Source of the DNA: Macrostomum lignano | Lineage: Eukaryota | DNA: 64,000 bases | NCBI GenBank assembly: GCA_002269645.1 | Contig: NIVC01000487.1 | Location: forward strand, 376,893-440,892 | Direction of reading: 5' to 3' | In this document: piece by piece, positions 1-14,269 of the stretch | Layout: each line of letters begins with the position of its first letter | Numbering within the stretch: position 1 is the first letter of the stretch | Notes under the pieces: model-generated | Seen by the model: only the letters and a program-made list of their open reading frames with translations | What the model was told of the DNA's origin: nothing | Databases searched by the model: none | Position numbers and translations under genes: made by a program

Positions 1-386
1 AAGGCCTGAGGCGGTCGGGGGGTTGGGAGGGCTGCCGCCTCTGCTCAGCCAATAGCAGATTGAATACCGAATTTTGTTCCCGGCGCTCGGAGCGTGCTCA
101 TGTGAAGCTGGATTTCCTTTTACTCGAACCTGCTTCTAGCAATTCTGGCTAAGCTTGTTTGAGTCGCGCGTGCTCAATCTGAGATGATGAAGGACCAGTG
201 TCCATTTGTTTAGCATTGCGCAAGATCTGTTTTTAACTTAGTCATTTTGTATTTATTAATATATTTATGTCATTATTATGAAAGTATTTTAATCTCAACA
301 AAGCCGACCACCAGACTGAGAGTGCTTTAGAAGGAGTGACAGAGGCCAGGTGTGCGAGTTAGGAGTGCCCACTGGAAGTTCCTGAG

Positions 387-685
387 GGGGGGGCATCACA
401 AACCCGAAATATCGCAAATCCGAAATATCACAAACCCGAAATATCACACACCCGAAGTATCACAAACCCGAAATATCACACACCCAAAGTATCACAAACC
501 CGAAATATCATAACTCTGAAATATCACAATCCCGAAATATTACAAACCCGAAACATCATAACTCCGAAATATCCTAGTGCTAGCAACGCCCAATGTTTTT
601 TTTGGTTTTTAGAATTATGGCATTTGGGGTTAATGATAGGAACTGCTTACGGAGTTGTGATTTTTTGGGTTTATGATGGCGACCC
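387..685. mobile_element. Candidate MITE-like element with imperfect terminal inverted repeats and an internal 16-bp tandem array
   Basis: Left end gggggggcatcacaaaccc (387-405) matches the reverse complement of the right end 667-685 (gggtcgccatcataaaccc) at 15/19. About 11 copies of cacaaacccgaaatat lie at 394-573. Related ggagtgacagag repeats flank both sides. No clear TSD. Confidence 0.4.
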
Positions 686-1313
686 GTTACTGAGTGACTG
701 AGTGGAGTGACAGAGGTTAGATGCCTGAGTTATAAGTGTCCACTGGGAGTTTCAGAGTGACTGAGAGTGCTAGAAGGAGTGACAGAGTAGTGACAAAATG
801 AAAGAACTGATTCAGCCACCGTTTAGAAAGCATTGAAATCTGTTATTTTTTATCAGTTGTGAATCTCGCACAGTGCAGACTTTCGACTTGCTCAACCTTT
901 TGCCTCATCATTGAGTAATCTGGAGGCTGAATGAGTCCACAAAACAAAGTTGCGAAACTGCACAGATCCCCTTCTGCATGCTTCATCTTCGTTATCCCAT
1001 GCTCACCTGCTGTCATTTGGATTCACAAGTCTGGGAACTCAGTTTAGAACAGACTGCAGACAGGCGGACCGTTTGACTGTTGGGACACATATAATATATA
1101 TAATATAAATCATATATGGCAAAACCTAAACTCCATCGCTGATTCTGGAAACTGATAATGGGGACTTCCCTCCATCATATTTGAGCCCCACCCCTAACTC
1201 ACTCGTCTTAGCAGTATGCAACATGTGCCCGGGATGACAGAGCAGAGGTGAGAGGTGAGCCATGCAGCCTAGCTATACATGACCTGGTTTGGATAAAAAT
1301 TGAGCTAAGTATA

Positions 1314-1846
1314 ACTATAGAAACTTCACAAACTATAGAAACTTCACAAACTACAGAAATTTCACAAACTACAGAAACTTCACAAACTACAGAAACTTCA
1401 CAAACTACAGAAACTTCACAAACTACAGAAGCTTCACAAACTATAGAAACTTCACAAACTATAGAAACTTCACAAACTATAGAAACTTCACAAACTATAG
1501 AAACTTCACAAACTACAGAAACTTCACAAACTACAGAAACTTCACAAACTACAGAAACTTCACAAACTTCAGAAACTTCACAAACTTCAGAAACTTCACA
1601 AACTACAGAAACTTCACAAACTACAGAAACTTCACAAACTACAGAAACTTCACAAACTACAGAAGCTTCACAAACTATAGAAGCTTCACAAACTATAGAA
1701 ACTTCACAAACTATAGAAACTTCACAAACTATAGAAACTTCACAAACTATAGAAACTTCACAAACTACAGAAACTTCACAAACTACAGAAACTTCACAAA
1801 CTTCAGAAACTTCACAAACTACAGAAACTTCACAAACTTCAGAAAC
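1314..1846. repeat. 18-bp minisatellite (actacagaaacttcacaa)
   Basis: Direct tandem units; source of the TETSQT ORF. Confidence 0.95.
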
Positions 1847-2963
1847 TAGAAGAAGCGGGCCAGATGACCCTTCAAAAGCTAGCGATAACTTATGCTGGCC
1901 TCTTTTGTTGGATTCATCGCCGTCTGTCGGGCTCGAAAATTCTTTAAAAACTTTCTCGCTTTACCTGCCAGACTGGCTGGATGCGTGCAGTTCCCGTTCA
2001 TATCTGTGCTCATATCTGTGCTCACGATCTCGCCGCGGATGACCAACTATCTATAAGCCCGCAATAATCACAGTCATAACTCTATAGCAATATATGGTTG
2101 ACTTGTTGACAACGGACTGCTCCAGTTCACCGTACACTACATACATACATCAATAAACCACACATTCCACTTGACATGCCAGAGTCTCATAATGTAAAGT
2201 AGAGGCAAAACCCGATCATTTCAGTCTGATAATAAGCTTCCGAACTAGACAAAACATTTACGGTCTCTATGCAGTCAACCGTGCCCTATAAGTTACCCTT
2301 ATATAAGCTATCAATTACCGACATCAATTAAGGCCAGAGACAAGTAGACATACTACATGCTCAACTAGTTGAGCATCCTATATTTCTCATATTAGTTTTC
2401 ACTGCCAAGAAGCAGTGGAGGGTATCCCACTTCCCCTATGATCCCGAAAATCAAGGATTGAACACGAACGAACAGTTAATAGTTGAGTTGATTGCTAATA
2501 CTATATAGTTTTCCCAAATATTAGTTGGGATCAGGGCATTCTTCCAGTGTGTGTGGGTGTTGTGGGCGGAGTTGGCGGGGCATCTAGAATGGATCCATCT
2601 TGACGGCACCAAAACTCTGTCACATGTTCGAATCTGCGTTTCGAGCACAGACTGTATTCGGGAGCTGTAATTAAGCAGTAACTACAGTACGACTAACTCA
2701 TAACTTTTACTTTTTTAGGTCTGTGAAATTAGAGGTTTGTTCACCAAAAGTTGCAACAAAATTATGTTCTTTTTTCAACAAGAAACTAAATGAAGTTTTT
2801 GACTAAAAATAATAAGGGCTCCAATGTTGACAAACGGTGATACTTTTTTCGGCTTTTCATATGATAAGCATGAAGTCATGTGAGTGAAAATAATCAATGC
2901 AAATCTTTGCTCTTTTTTAACTAAGCGAATGGGTGCTACTTCTACGAATTTATGGGCTATCCC

Positions 2964-4099
2964 GGATAGAGTCAGTAGGTTAGCTTCAGTCAGTAGGATA
3001 GAGTCAGTAGGTTAGCTTCAGTCAGTAGGATAGAGTCAGTAGGATAGAGTCAGTAGGATAGAGTCAGTAGGATAGAGTCAGTAGGATAGAGTCAGTAGGA
3101 TAGAGTCAGTAGGATAGAGTCAGTAGGATAGAGTCAGTAGGTTAGCTTCAGTCAGTAGGATAGAGTCAGTAGGTTAGCTTCAGTCAGTAGGATAGAGTCA
3201 GTAGGTTAGCTTCAGTCAGTAGGATAGAGTCAGTAGGATAGAGTCAGTAGGATAGTCAGTAGGATAGAGTCAGTAGGATAGAGTCAGTAGGATAGAGTCA
3301 GTAGGTTAGCTTCAGTCAGTAGGATAGAGTCAGTAGGTTAGCTTCAGTCAGTAGGATAGAGTCAGTAGGTTAGCTTCAGTCAGTAGGATAGAGTCAGTAG
3401 GATAGAGTCAGTAGGATAGTCAGTAGGATAGAGTCAGTAGGACAGAGTCAGTAGGATAGAGTCAGTAGGATAGAGTCAGTAGGATAGAGTCAGTAGGATA
3501 GAGTCAGTAGGATAGAGTCAGTAGGATAGAGTCAGTAGGATAGAGTCAGTAGGATAGAGTCAGTAGGATAGAGTCAGTAGGATAGAGTCAGTAGGATAGT
3601 CAGTAGGATAGAGTCAGTAGGATAGAGTCAGTAGGATAGAGTCAGTAGGATAGAGTCAGTAGGATAGAGTCAGTAGGATAGAGTCAGTAGGATAGAGTCA
3701 GTAGGATAGAGTCAGTAGGATAGAGTCAGTAGGATAGAGTCAGTAGGATAGAGTCAGTAGGTTAGCTTCAGTCAGTAGGATAGAGTCAGTAGGTTAGCTT
3801 CAGTCAGTAGGATAGAGTCAGTAGGATAGAGTCAGTAGGATAGAGTCAGTAGGTTAGCTTCAGTCAGTAGGATAGAGTCAGTAGGATAGAGTCAGTAGGA
3901 TAGAGTCAGTAGGATAGAGTCAGTAGGATAGAGTCAGTAGGATAGAGTCAGTAGGATAGAGTCAGTAGGATAGAGTCAGTAGGATAGTCAGTAGAATAGA
4001 GTCAGTAGGATAGTCAGTAGGATAGAGTCAGTAGGATAGAGTCAGTAGGATAGTCAGTAGGATAGAGTCAGTAGGATGGAGTCAGTAGGATAGAGTCAG
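2964..4099. repeat. 14-bp minisatellite (ggatagagtcagta) with ggttagcttcagtcagta variants
   Basis: Direct tandem units. Confidence 0.95.
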
Positions 4100-4344
4100 C
4101 ACGAGAATGAATCCCAGATCTCGCAGTCAGACAGGCGCACTGGCAGTGTTGGCCAGTCACCCCTCTTCATAAATTATTCTCAATCGTTAATTTACAATGT
4201 CCCGCTAGCCACAAGGCGGGAGTTGCCACCCGTCGAGTTTGGAGCAACTCCACAAGAAAAGAATTTATTTTCATTGTTCAAAATTATTCGGCCAGTTTGC
4301 TAATTGATACTGACACCCGGCAGTCCAGCCTCCTCCATCCTTCA

Positions 4345-4440
<96 letters not shown>

Positions 4441-5230
4441 CTACGGTTATCTATTAATAATTGGCTTGACCGCGGAGCACTGCAGGTGTCTCCCTCGCCA
4501 GTGGACACTCAGTGGGCGAGGAAATACGCCATATGCCCTAAGTAGCTGAGCTCCCTGGGCTATTAGGAATCCTGTTCAGCTCCCAAGTTTTGGGAGAAAC
4601 ACGAGAGAGATCAAATGGTTGGAGCCCGGTGTGGTCTGACATTAGAAAGTTTGCTTACAACAGGTGCAAAATTTGTACAGAGTTGAACTTGGCTGAGCAG
4701 GAAGAAAGGGGAGAATTCGTTACTTTTGCTACAGTGGAGTGTGGGAAGGGGTCGGTGGGTTTAACGCGATCACGCGCGCTTGAGCCCCCCCCCCCTGAGG
4801 CTAGGTGTGGGAGCACAGCATCACCTGCCGCCTCATTTGCTTTAGTTTGAAGAGATATAGCCCGCCGCTAGCAAAAGAAAAAAACTCCCACCTCCCCCTA
4901 AATCCATCGCTGCAATCTCCCTACACCCTCTGTAAGATAATATTTATGGGAAAATTGAAATAAAAATCTCCTAAACACGTGTTTTCAGCTTGTCATCTGT
5001 CAACCGAAGCCAGTGTGTCAGTAATGAACTGGTAGAATTCAACCACTTTTTTAGCATCTGGCTACATTGTGCGATTCTAACAGGCCGGCTTCAGTCGGAC
5101 AGACGTCTGCAGATGCCAGGGCCAGTGTTTCTGTATAAATCATAACTCGGCTCAAGAGATGGGTTTTTAATTTTCGGGGGTTGATTCGGGACTCCCCCGA
5201 GGCCAGCTGACCCTTTGACCCCCTTGCATC

Positions 5231-6459
5231 CTGCACGCTTGTGCCAGTGTGTGCTAATCAATCTGCACGCTTGTGCCAGTGTGTGATAATCAATCTGCAC
5301 GCTTGTGTCAGTGTGTGCTAATCAATCTGCACGCTTGTGCCAGTGTGTGCTAGTCAATCTGCACGCTTGTGCCAGTGTGAGCTAGTCAATCTGCATTCTG
5401 CACGCTTGGGCCAATGAGTGCTAGTCAATCTGCATTCTGCACGCTTGGGCCAATGTGTGCTAGTCAATCTGCACGCTTGTGCCAGTGTGTGCTAATCAAT
5501 CTGCACGCTTGTGCCAGTGTGAGCTAATCAATCTGCATTCTGCACGCTTGGGCCAATGTGTGCTAATCAATCTGCACGCTTGTGCCAGTGTGTGCTAATC
5601 AATCTGCACGCTTGTGCCAGTGTGTGCTAATCAATCTGCACGCTTGTGCCAGTGTGTGCTAATCAATCTGCACGCTTGTGTCAGTGTGTGCTAATCAATC
5701 TGCACGCTTGTGCCAGTGTGTGCTAGTCAATCTGCACGCTTGTGCCAGTGTGAGCTAGTCAATCTGCATTCTGCACGCTTGGGCCAATGAGTGCTAGTCA
5801 ATCTGCATTCTGCACGCTTGGGCCAATGTGTGCTAGTCAATCTGCACGCTTGTGCCAGTGTGTGCTAGTCAATCTGCACGCTTGTGCCAGTGTGAGCTAG
5901 TCAATCTGCATTCTGCACGCTTGGGCCAATGAGTGCTAGTCAATCTGCATTCTGCACGCTTGGGCCAATGTGTGCTAGTCAATCTGCACGCTTGTGCCAG
6001 TGTGTGCTAATCAATCTGCACGCTTGTGCCAGTGTGAGCTAATCAATCTGCATTCTGCACGCTTGGGCCAATGTGTGCTAATCAATCTGCATGCTTGTGC
6101 CAGTGTGTGCTAATCAATCTGCACGCTTGTGCCAGTGTGTGCTAATCAATCTGCACGCTTGTGCCAGTGTGTGCTAATCAATCTGCACGCTTGTGCCAGT
6201 GTGTGCTAATCAATCTGCACGCTTGTGCCAGTGTGTGCTAGTCAATCTGCACGCTTGTGCCAGTGTGTGCTAATCAATCTGCACGCTTGTGCCAGTGTGT
6301 GCTAATCAATCTGCACGCTTGTGCCAGTGTGTGCTAATCAATCTGCACGCTTGTGCCAGTGTGTGCTAATCAATCTGCACGCTTGTGCCAGTGTGTGCTA
6401 GTCAATCTGCACGCTTGTGCCAGTGTGTGCTAATCAATCTGCACGCTTGTGTCAGTGTG
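5231..6459. repeat. 32-bp minisatellite (aatcaatctgcacgcttgtgccagtgtgtgct) with 39-bp variants
   Basis: Direct tandem units; the variant carries an extra cattctg. Confidence 0.95.
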
Positions 6460-6624
6460 CGCCTAAATCACTGATTGGAAATTGAAAATGTGCACTTAAT
6501 CAGGCATCCTAAGAAATCATTAGAAAGGATTTTTGTAATCTTCAGAGATTTCAGCCCAAAGTTTCTCAGCCAGTTGAGCATCATAAACTGATCGGTCAAC
6601 TGTCAAAAGTCATTACTATTATTA

Positions 6625-6915
<291 letters not shown>

Positions 6916-6925
6916 TCATGTTTAT

Positions 6926-7497
6926 TTGGTGCCTCCTTCATCATTTGACGCTTCCTCTATCATTTGGCGCCTCCTTATCACTTGGCGCCTGCCTCATTCA
7001 ATATTTGGCGCCTCATACATCATTTGGCGCCTCATTCATCAGTTAGCGCCCCATTCATCAGTTAGCGCCTCATTCATCAGTTGGCGCCGTCTTCATCATT
7101 TGGCGGCTCTTCATTATTTGGTGCCTCCATCATTTGGCGCCGCCTTCATCATTTGGCGCCGCCTTCATCATTTGGCGCCGCCTTCATCATTTGGCGCCGC
7201 CTTCATCATTTGGCGCCGCTTTCATCATTTGGCGCCTCATTCATTATTTTGCGCCTGCCTCATTCATAATTATAATTATTTGGCGCCTCCATCATTTGGC
7301 GCCTCCATCATTTGGCGCCTCCATCATTTGGCGCCTCCATCATTTGGCGCCTCCATCATTTGGCGCCTCCATCATTTAGCGCCTCCTGATCACTTGGCGC
7401 CTGCCTCTTCATCTTTTGGCGCCTCCTGATCACTTGGCGCCTGCCTCTTCATCTTTTGGCGCCTCCTGATCACTTGGCGCCTGCCTCTTCATCATTA
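6926..7497. repeat. Degenerate 16-19-bp tandem array (tcatcatttggcgcc core)
   Basis: Repeated tcatcatttggcgcc(gcc/tcc) units, ending in three longer copies. Confidence 0.9.
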
Positions 7498-8598
7498 CGC
7501 GCGAAGTCTTATCAGCGTTCGACGTTCAACGTTTAAAATCTCTTCAAAATCAGGTTAGGCACTACAGTGCGATATTTTCATCATCATAAAGTATCTTCGT
7601 TAGGTATTTCTAAAAATAGACTCAGTCAGATTCCGGGCTTATAAAAAGAATATTTTGAACAGCTAAAATCCGTTTGACTTTGACTCATCCCCCCCCCCAT
7701 TGTCCGCCTGGTCCGGAGAGACGGGGACAAAACAGTTAATTAGTGGACTCCAGCTTGGCAACACACGGCGCCAGCCTCAGATTACCTGTCTGCCTAGCTA
7801 AATGCAGATGGCTTCCGTGATTCCCGGGCCCCTCCCTGCCCCGTCGAATTCCTTCACTACTACAGCAGCGTCATTCAAATGGAAGCAACAGCGGCCGCCC
7901 TATGCTGACACAATTCAGCCAAGCAAGAAAAACGGTGCTTTTAAGGCCAACCGACTTCGCCTTATCTTCCAGTTTGTTGAAGCGTGCCCGGAGCTCGATC
8001 TCAGATGAGGCGGGGTGGGTATTAGGTGTCGGACCTTCTGTTCTCACATCGGCCATTGGGCTTGTTTTATCAAACACGTGGTTTTTCTGTGTCTGCTGCC
8101 CCCCCCCCCCACGGATCAACTGGGCGACAGACGGCCGAGTGAAAGTGCGGGGCCGCCCCAGCAATCGGGCCCGATGATCTTCTTGCCAATCTGACAAGTC
8201 TTTGTGTGCCTCTGAGCACTGATCCGGGCGGTCATCCATCTCAATTAGTGCCACAGAACAGTTTGTTGTCGTCTGTCAGGTCGACTCAGTTTAGATTTCT
8301 GCATATATAGCTATCCAGTTGACATACGGGGCAGGGGATAGCTTGTTTCCTGTTCGAGGCGCGATAAGAACTCTGTTAATAATAGATTGAAATATATTTA
8401 TTATATATTATAGATCAAAATCAGGTAGCCGATGCAATAATTCGCTTTATTTTGAATTAGAAGTATCCGAAATATCATCATATATGAAATCTAGTTATTT
8501 ATATACAGTAGTAAGTCAGATAATTTGTCCATTACTTGGAATTATCCATCTCTGTTGTGCTGCAATGATTTCAGTGTGTAGGCTGCCTCTGTGAAACA

Positions 8599-9557
8599 CG
8601 GATCAGAGAGACTGGAGTGACGGATCAAAGAGAGTAGACTGAGGGATCAGAGAGACTGGAGTGACGGATCAAAGAGAGTAGAGTGCGCGATCATAGAGAC
8701 TGGAGTGACGGATCATAAAGACTGGAGTGACGGATCATAAAGACTGGAGTGACGGATCATAGAGACTGGAGTGACGGATCATAGAGACTGGAGTGACGGA
8801 TCATAAAGACTGGAGTGACGGATCATAGAGAGTAGAGTGAGGGATCATAGAGACTGGAGTGACGGATCATAGAGAGTAGAGTGAGGGATCATAGAGACTG
8901 GAGTGACGGATCAAAGAGAGTAGAGTGAGGTATCAGAGAGACTGGAGTGACGGATCATAGAGAGTAGAGTGAGGGATCAGAGAGACTGGAGTGACGGATC
9001 AGAGAGAGTAGAGTGAGGGATCAAAGAGACTGGAGTGACGGATCAAAGAGAGTAGAGTGAGCGATCATAGAGACTGGAGTGACGGATCATAAAAAGTAGA
9101 GTGAGGGATCATAGAGACTGGAGTGACGGATCAAAGAGAGTAGAGTGAGCGATCATAGAGACTGGAGTGACGGATCAAAGAGAGTAGAGTGAGGGATCAG
9201 AGAGACTGGAGTGACGGATCATAGAGAGTAGAGTTTGGGATCAGAGAGACTGGAGTGACGGATCATAAAAAGTAGAGTGAGGGATCAGAGAGACTGGAGT
9301 GACGGATCAAAGAGAGTAGAGTGAGGGATCATAGAGACTGGAGTGACGGATCATAGAGACTGAAGTGACGGATCATAGAGACTGGAGTGACGGATCATAG
9401 AGAGTGAAGTGACAGATCATAGAGACTGGAGTGACGGATCATAGAGACTGAAGTGACAGATCATAGAGACTGGAGTGACGGATCATAGAGACTGGAGTGA
9501 CGGATCATAGAGACTGGAGTGACGGATCATAGAGACTGGAGTGACAGATCATAGAGA
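8599..9557. repeat. Composite 21/22-bp minisatellite (ggatcatagagactggagtgac / ggatcaaagagagtagagtga)
   Basis: Alternating tandem units. Confidence 0.93.
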
Positions 9558-10155
9558 ATAAAGTGAAGAATCATACGGACCAGGGTCATAGAAAACAAAG
9601 TGAGGGATAATAGAGAGCAGAGTGAGGCATCACAGTGAGTTCAGAGCAGGACTCACCGAAACTGCTCCACTTGATCATAGGGGACACTGCCAGGAATGTA
9701 AATGTAGTGATAGTGGCAGCAGGGCTCTCGAACTCCTCGATGCTTCGCGTGCTTACGAGCTTTTCTACAATCGATTGAACGAAAAATGAACACATTTCCT
9801 GCTCTACTATCAGTAGTACTAAGAAAGCAAGTTTTATTGGGACCGCCGATACCTGCAATCGGAGCAGCTGATGCGAAATGGGCAGCAGATTAAAATCCAA
9901 GGCATGTTTATATAACAGAATTTACAAATTTATTTAAGTTCATTTAAGTTATTAAATGGTTAGAAAAGCTGACTGGAGACAGTGGAGTACAATGTGCTCA
10001 ATTTATGCCAAGTTAGGCCATTAGGTACTACCTTTCATATTTTCAGTTATGGCGTTATTCGGAGGCTAAATATGATGTAGCTCGTATACGGTAGTGCCAC
10101 AGTGATAAATTCTAGTGATGAGTATTCTTCACGAGAGTAAGTTTTGCCATTAAGA

Positions 10156-10281
10156 GGACATTGGGGTGCCGAAATGGACATTGGGGTGCGGAAATGGACA
10201 TTGGGGTGCCGGAATAGACATTGGGTGCCGAAATGGACATTGGGGGGCCCAAAGTGACATTGAGGGTGCCGAAATCGACAT
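10156..10281. repeat. Short 20-bp tandem array (gacattggggtgccgaaatg)
   Basis: About 6 imperfect copies. Confidence 0.85.
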
Positions 10282-10512
10282 GAAAATTTTGGCTACTTTA
10301 AACCTAGAATTTTTTAGAACAATGGCCTCTGAGATCCACTCAAATAGACACCAAGTAGTCCCTAGAAAATTTCTTTTATGTAATTTCTTGGAATTGGAAA
10401 GCCAAGGGTTGCTATTTTTATCTCTGATGTTGGAAACTGGACTGCACCATTTAATAATAGAATTGAGTACAAAAAGCTGCATATTACTCGTTATCCACTA
10501 CAGTTATAATAT

Positions 10513-10596
10513 TGACTGACTGACTGACTGACTGACTGACTGACTGACTGACTGACTGACTGACTGACTGACTGACTGACTGACTGACTGACTGAC
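10513..10596. repeat. (TGAC)n microsatellite
   Basis: 21 perfect tetranucleotide units. Confidence 0.97.
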
Positions 10597-10985
10597 AGTG
10601 ATGATAAGCTATGATATTTTAATGGAAGCTTCTTCCGGCGACACTACTAACAACAGGCATAGGGCAATTTTCATTCTAAAAAATCTAAAACCATTCATTT
10701 CAGTAACTGTATGGTTTAAAAAACTTTCAGTAAAAATGATTACTATATTAGCAAGATGCTACTGATTGCATCAAAGCGTTAGGCTTGTATTTCACAAATT
10801 TTCGCGTGCGATCTCAATTTACATGAAAACCAAAGAAAACAAAAGCAACAGGCAAAAGAGAGCAGAAAATCAGCGGAATTTGAAGGGCCAACAGACCAAA
10901 AGCGCACACAAGCCAACTACAGTCAATACTGGAGAAGCAGATGAGAGGTAAAATCGTAAAATAGTGCTCACGGATGTTCTTTGAG

Positions 10986-11421
<436 letters not shown>

Positions 11422-11430
<9 letters not shown>

Positions 11431-11620
11431 AGTATAACTCACAGCTCTGTCCGAAGGTTCCGGGATCTCGCTCTCCAGCATGGTGTTCAGTGCGCCGATG
11501 TACTGGATGGCCAGCTGCAGAATCCGCTTCTTGCTCAACTTGGTGTCCCGTGGGATGTGAGGAATGCAGTTGCGCAGGCATTCGAATGCTCGGTTTAACG
11601 TCTCTGTGCGTCTGTGCTCC
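11422..11620 (-). CDS. HAND: HAND-like class II bHLH transcription factor, exon 2 (helix-loop-helix)
   Basis: Not in the ORF track. Minus strand after acceptor cccag| reads (R)EHRRTETLNRAFECLRNCIPHIPRDTKLSKKRILQLAIQYIGALNTML, matching the HAND pattern ERRRT..IN.AF..LR.CIP..P.DTKLSK...L.LA..YI. It ends either at TAG 11424-11422 or at a GTGAGT donor at 11442. Confidence 0.88.
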
Positions 11621-11658
11621 CTGGGATTTGGGGTTGACCGTGCCAGACTTTTTTAATT

Positions 11659-12006
11659 AATCGCCATTCTCCCAGACTGAATCGCCATTCTCCCAGACTG
11701 ATTCGCCATTCTCCCAGACTAAATCGCTGTTCTCCCAGACTAAATCGCTGTTCTCCCAGACTAAATCGCCATTCTCCCAGACTGAACCGCCATTCTCCCA
11801 GACTGAACCGCCATTCTCCCAGACTAAATCGCCATTCTCCCAGACTGAATCACCATTCTCCCAGACTAAATCGCCATTCTCCCAGACTGAATCTCTATTA
11901 TCCCAGACTGAATCACCATTCTCCCAGACTGAATCTCTATTATCCCAGACTGAATCACCCTTCTCCCAGACTGAATCGCCATTCTGCCAGACTAAATTGC
12001 CATTCT
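11659..12006. repeat. 22-bp minisatellite (aatcgccattctcccagactga) filling the bHLH intron
   Basis: Tandem units between acceptor 11621 and donor 12029. Confidence 0.92.
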
Positions 12007-12029
12007 TTCTACATCGGAGTCAGACTGAC

Positions 12030-12385
12030 CTTCTTTGATAGGCCACTCGTGGTGGTTTCACAGCACGCTGCGGCGGCTGCTGCTTCGGCGGCGGAGGCGG
12101 CGGTGGAGGCGGCGGTGGCGGCGGCGGTGGCGGCGGCGGAGGCTGGTACAGCGGCTGAGACACGGGCGGAGACGAGCCTGCCACCTGCTCAAAGCAGCAA
12201 CAGGCCATGCTGCACTGCATCAACTGTTGATGCTGTTGCTGCGGGGAGATCGAGCTTTCATCAGTCGGACTCGACATCTGCCAGTAGCCGCTAATCTCTG
12301 CTTGAGCAGCAGCTTCGAACTCGAGCTGGCAGCAGTACCCCGCCAGCTGCTGCTGCTGCGGGTAACACGAATATTCGCTAGCCAT
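12030..12385 (-). CDS. HAND: HAND-like bHLH factor, exon 1 (Gln/Pro-rich N-terminus plus start of basic region)
   Basis: ATG at 12385 reads MASEYSCYPQQQ...poly-Pro...VAYQR, then ag|gtcagt donor (phase 2), which joins exon 2 in frame to give YQRREHRRTETLN. Confidence 0.82.
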
Positions 12386-12906
12386 GTTTCTCAATCGACA
12401 ATAAAATTTTCAATGGAAAAATTTCGCTTTCAAATTCTGCAAAGAGCGTTGGAAGGCAGATTATTTATTTTAACGCGGGTTTTAGCGCAGCCTCCGCCAC
12501 CACCCAGGACTCCCATTGGCTGGCAGCCGGCCGACTGGATGGGGCCAGGGTGGAAGGCCTGTCCCTCTGTGCCTGTCGGCTCTGGTGTTGCTTTCCCAAT
12601 GCTAATTAGAATAAATTGTTTCTCTCAACAACTTTGATTGCGCAATACGGATTCGCTATCAAGCGCCTCCATCTCTTAGCACAGAAGCTTTAACCTGCTA
12701 TGCAGGTGTGTTCTTGTCTAATTAAATGTGGGTCGGCAGAACTGGTTTACTTTATTAAGTCTTGCATTATTTTATGGCACCTTTTCTTATCTGAGTTTAA
12801 AGCTTAGGATGCTGTTAATAAGGCTCTCTACAGGTCTGTTTAAATTGTCCCGTTTTATCGCTTCATTCAATCTCGCTATCTTCATCTCTATTGGTATCTC
12901 TATCGC

Positions 12907-13530
12907 AATCTCACTTGGTCTCACCTAGTCTCTCTCCCTCTGTCCCAGTCTCTCTCCCTCTCTCTCAGTATCTATCGATCTCTGTCAGTCTCCCTTCCTC
13001 TCTCTCTCTCAGTCTCTCTCGATCTCTGTCAGTCTCCCTTCCTCTGTCAGTCTCTCTCTCTCTCCCTCTCTCTCTCAGTATCTATCGATCTCTGTCAGTC
13101 TCCCTTCCTCTCTCTCTCAGTCTCTCTCGATCTCTGTCAGTCTCTCTCCCTCTCTCTCTCTCCCCCTCTCTACCTCTCTCTCAGTCTCTATCGATCTCTG
13201 TCAGTCTCTCTCTCCCTCCCTCTCTCTACCTCTCTCTCAGTCTCTGTCGATCTCTGTCAGTCTCTCCCCCCTCTCCCCCTCTCTACCTCTCTCTCAGTCT
13301 CTATCGATCTCTGTCAGTCTCTCCCCCCTCTCCCCCTCTCTACCTCTCTCTCAGTCTCTATCGATCTTTCTCAGCCTCTCTCCCTCTCTCTCTCTCTCAG
13401 TCTCTGTCCCTCTCTCTCAAATCTCTGTCAGCCTCTCTCTCTCAAATCTCTGTCAGCCTCTGTATATCTATCAGCCTAATAGATAGAGTCTCTCTACCTA
13501 TCCTCCAGTCTCTCTTTTCCCTCTCTCCCG
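12907..13530. repeat. CT-rich low-complexity tract
   Basis: Degenerate (ct)n with ctcagtctc motifs. Confidence 0.9.
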
Positions 13531-13790
13531 TCGATTCACATCAATCTATATTTTTTTTTCAATGACTAACCCCTTGACTCTGCATTGCAATGTTCAGATT
13601 CTAAAGCTTGTTTAATTGACCTGACAGGTAGAGATAAGAGCCATTACCATCAGGCTCTCCGCATGACCCCAGATCCAGCCCATCTAAACCAATGCAGTTC
13701 ATTATAAATGCAGTAACCATGCCGTATGGCAAACCGAACGATTACTGCTATCAATTTGCATCAAATTGAATCAAGAATGCAGCGATGCAA

Positions 13791-13792
<2 letters not shown>

Positions 13793-13832
<40 letters not shown>
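13793..13832. repeat. (AG)n microsatellite
   Basis: 20 units. Confidence 0.95.
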
Positions 13833-13834
<2 letters not shown>

Positions 13835-14269
13835 CTCGCCCAAACTTCATCAGCGTGTTTGTTAAGCTATTATTGCGCAACAAGCGGAGAGAGAACTGAT
13901 GCGCGCCACTTGATGGAGTTGACGTTTGACTGACAGTTCGCTAAGCCGGGGAGACTTAACGAAAGAGATAGCTGGCAAGAGGAAGAAATCGAGAGCGCTT
14001 GGAACAGAATGGGCTGGTAGGAACAAGTCTCGCACTGTTACCTCTTGACAACCACTGCCAACCATCGTGAGCAAGGGAGTGAATTTCTTTAAATGGCAAT
14101 TAAATTAGTACAGCCTGACGGCGACCCACCGCCTGACCTTCTTTGTCCCCATGGCGACAAAGTGGCCCGTGGAAAAGTTAAATACTCCAGAGGGTTAGAT
14201 GAACACTACATAGATTGTTCATAGACAATCAAAGTACGGAAAATTAAAACACGGGTCATACACAATTGA

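Noticed and set aside
1248-2042. 264-aa mucin-like TETSQT ORF
   Set aside because: It starts at GTG, and its openness is explained by a stop-free 18-bp minisatellite. The flanks show no signal peptide or coding bias.
2357-2376. Perfect 20-bp palindrome atgctcaactagttgagcat
   Set aside because: It is isolated, with no associated element or second copy.
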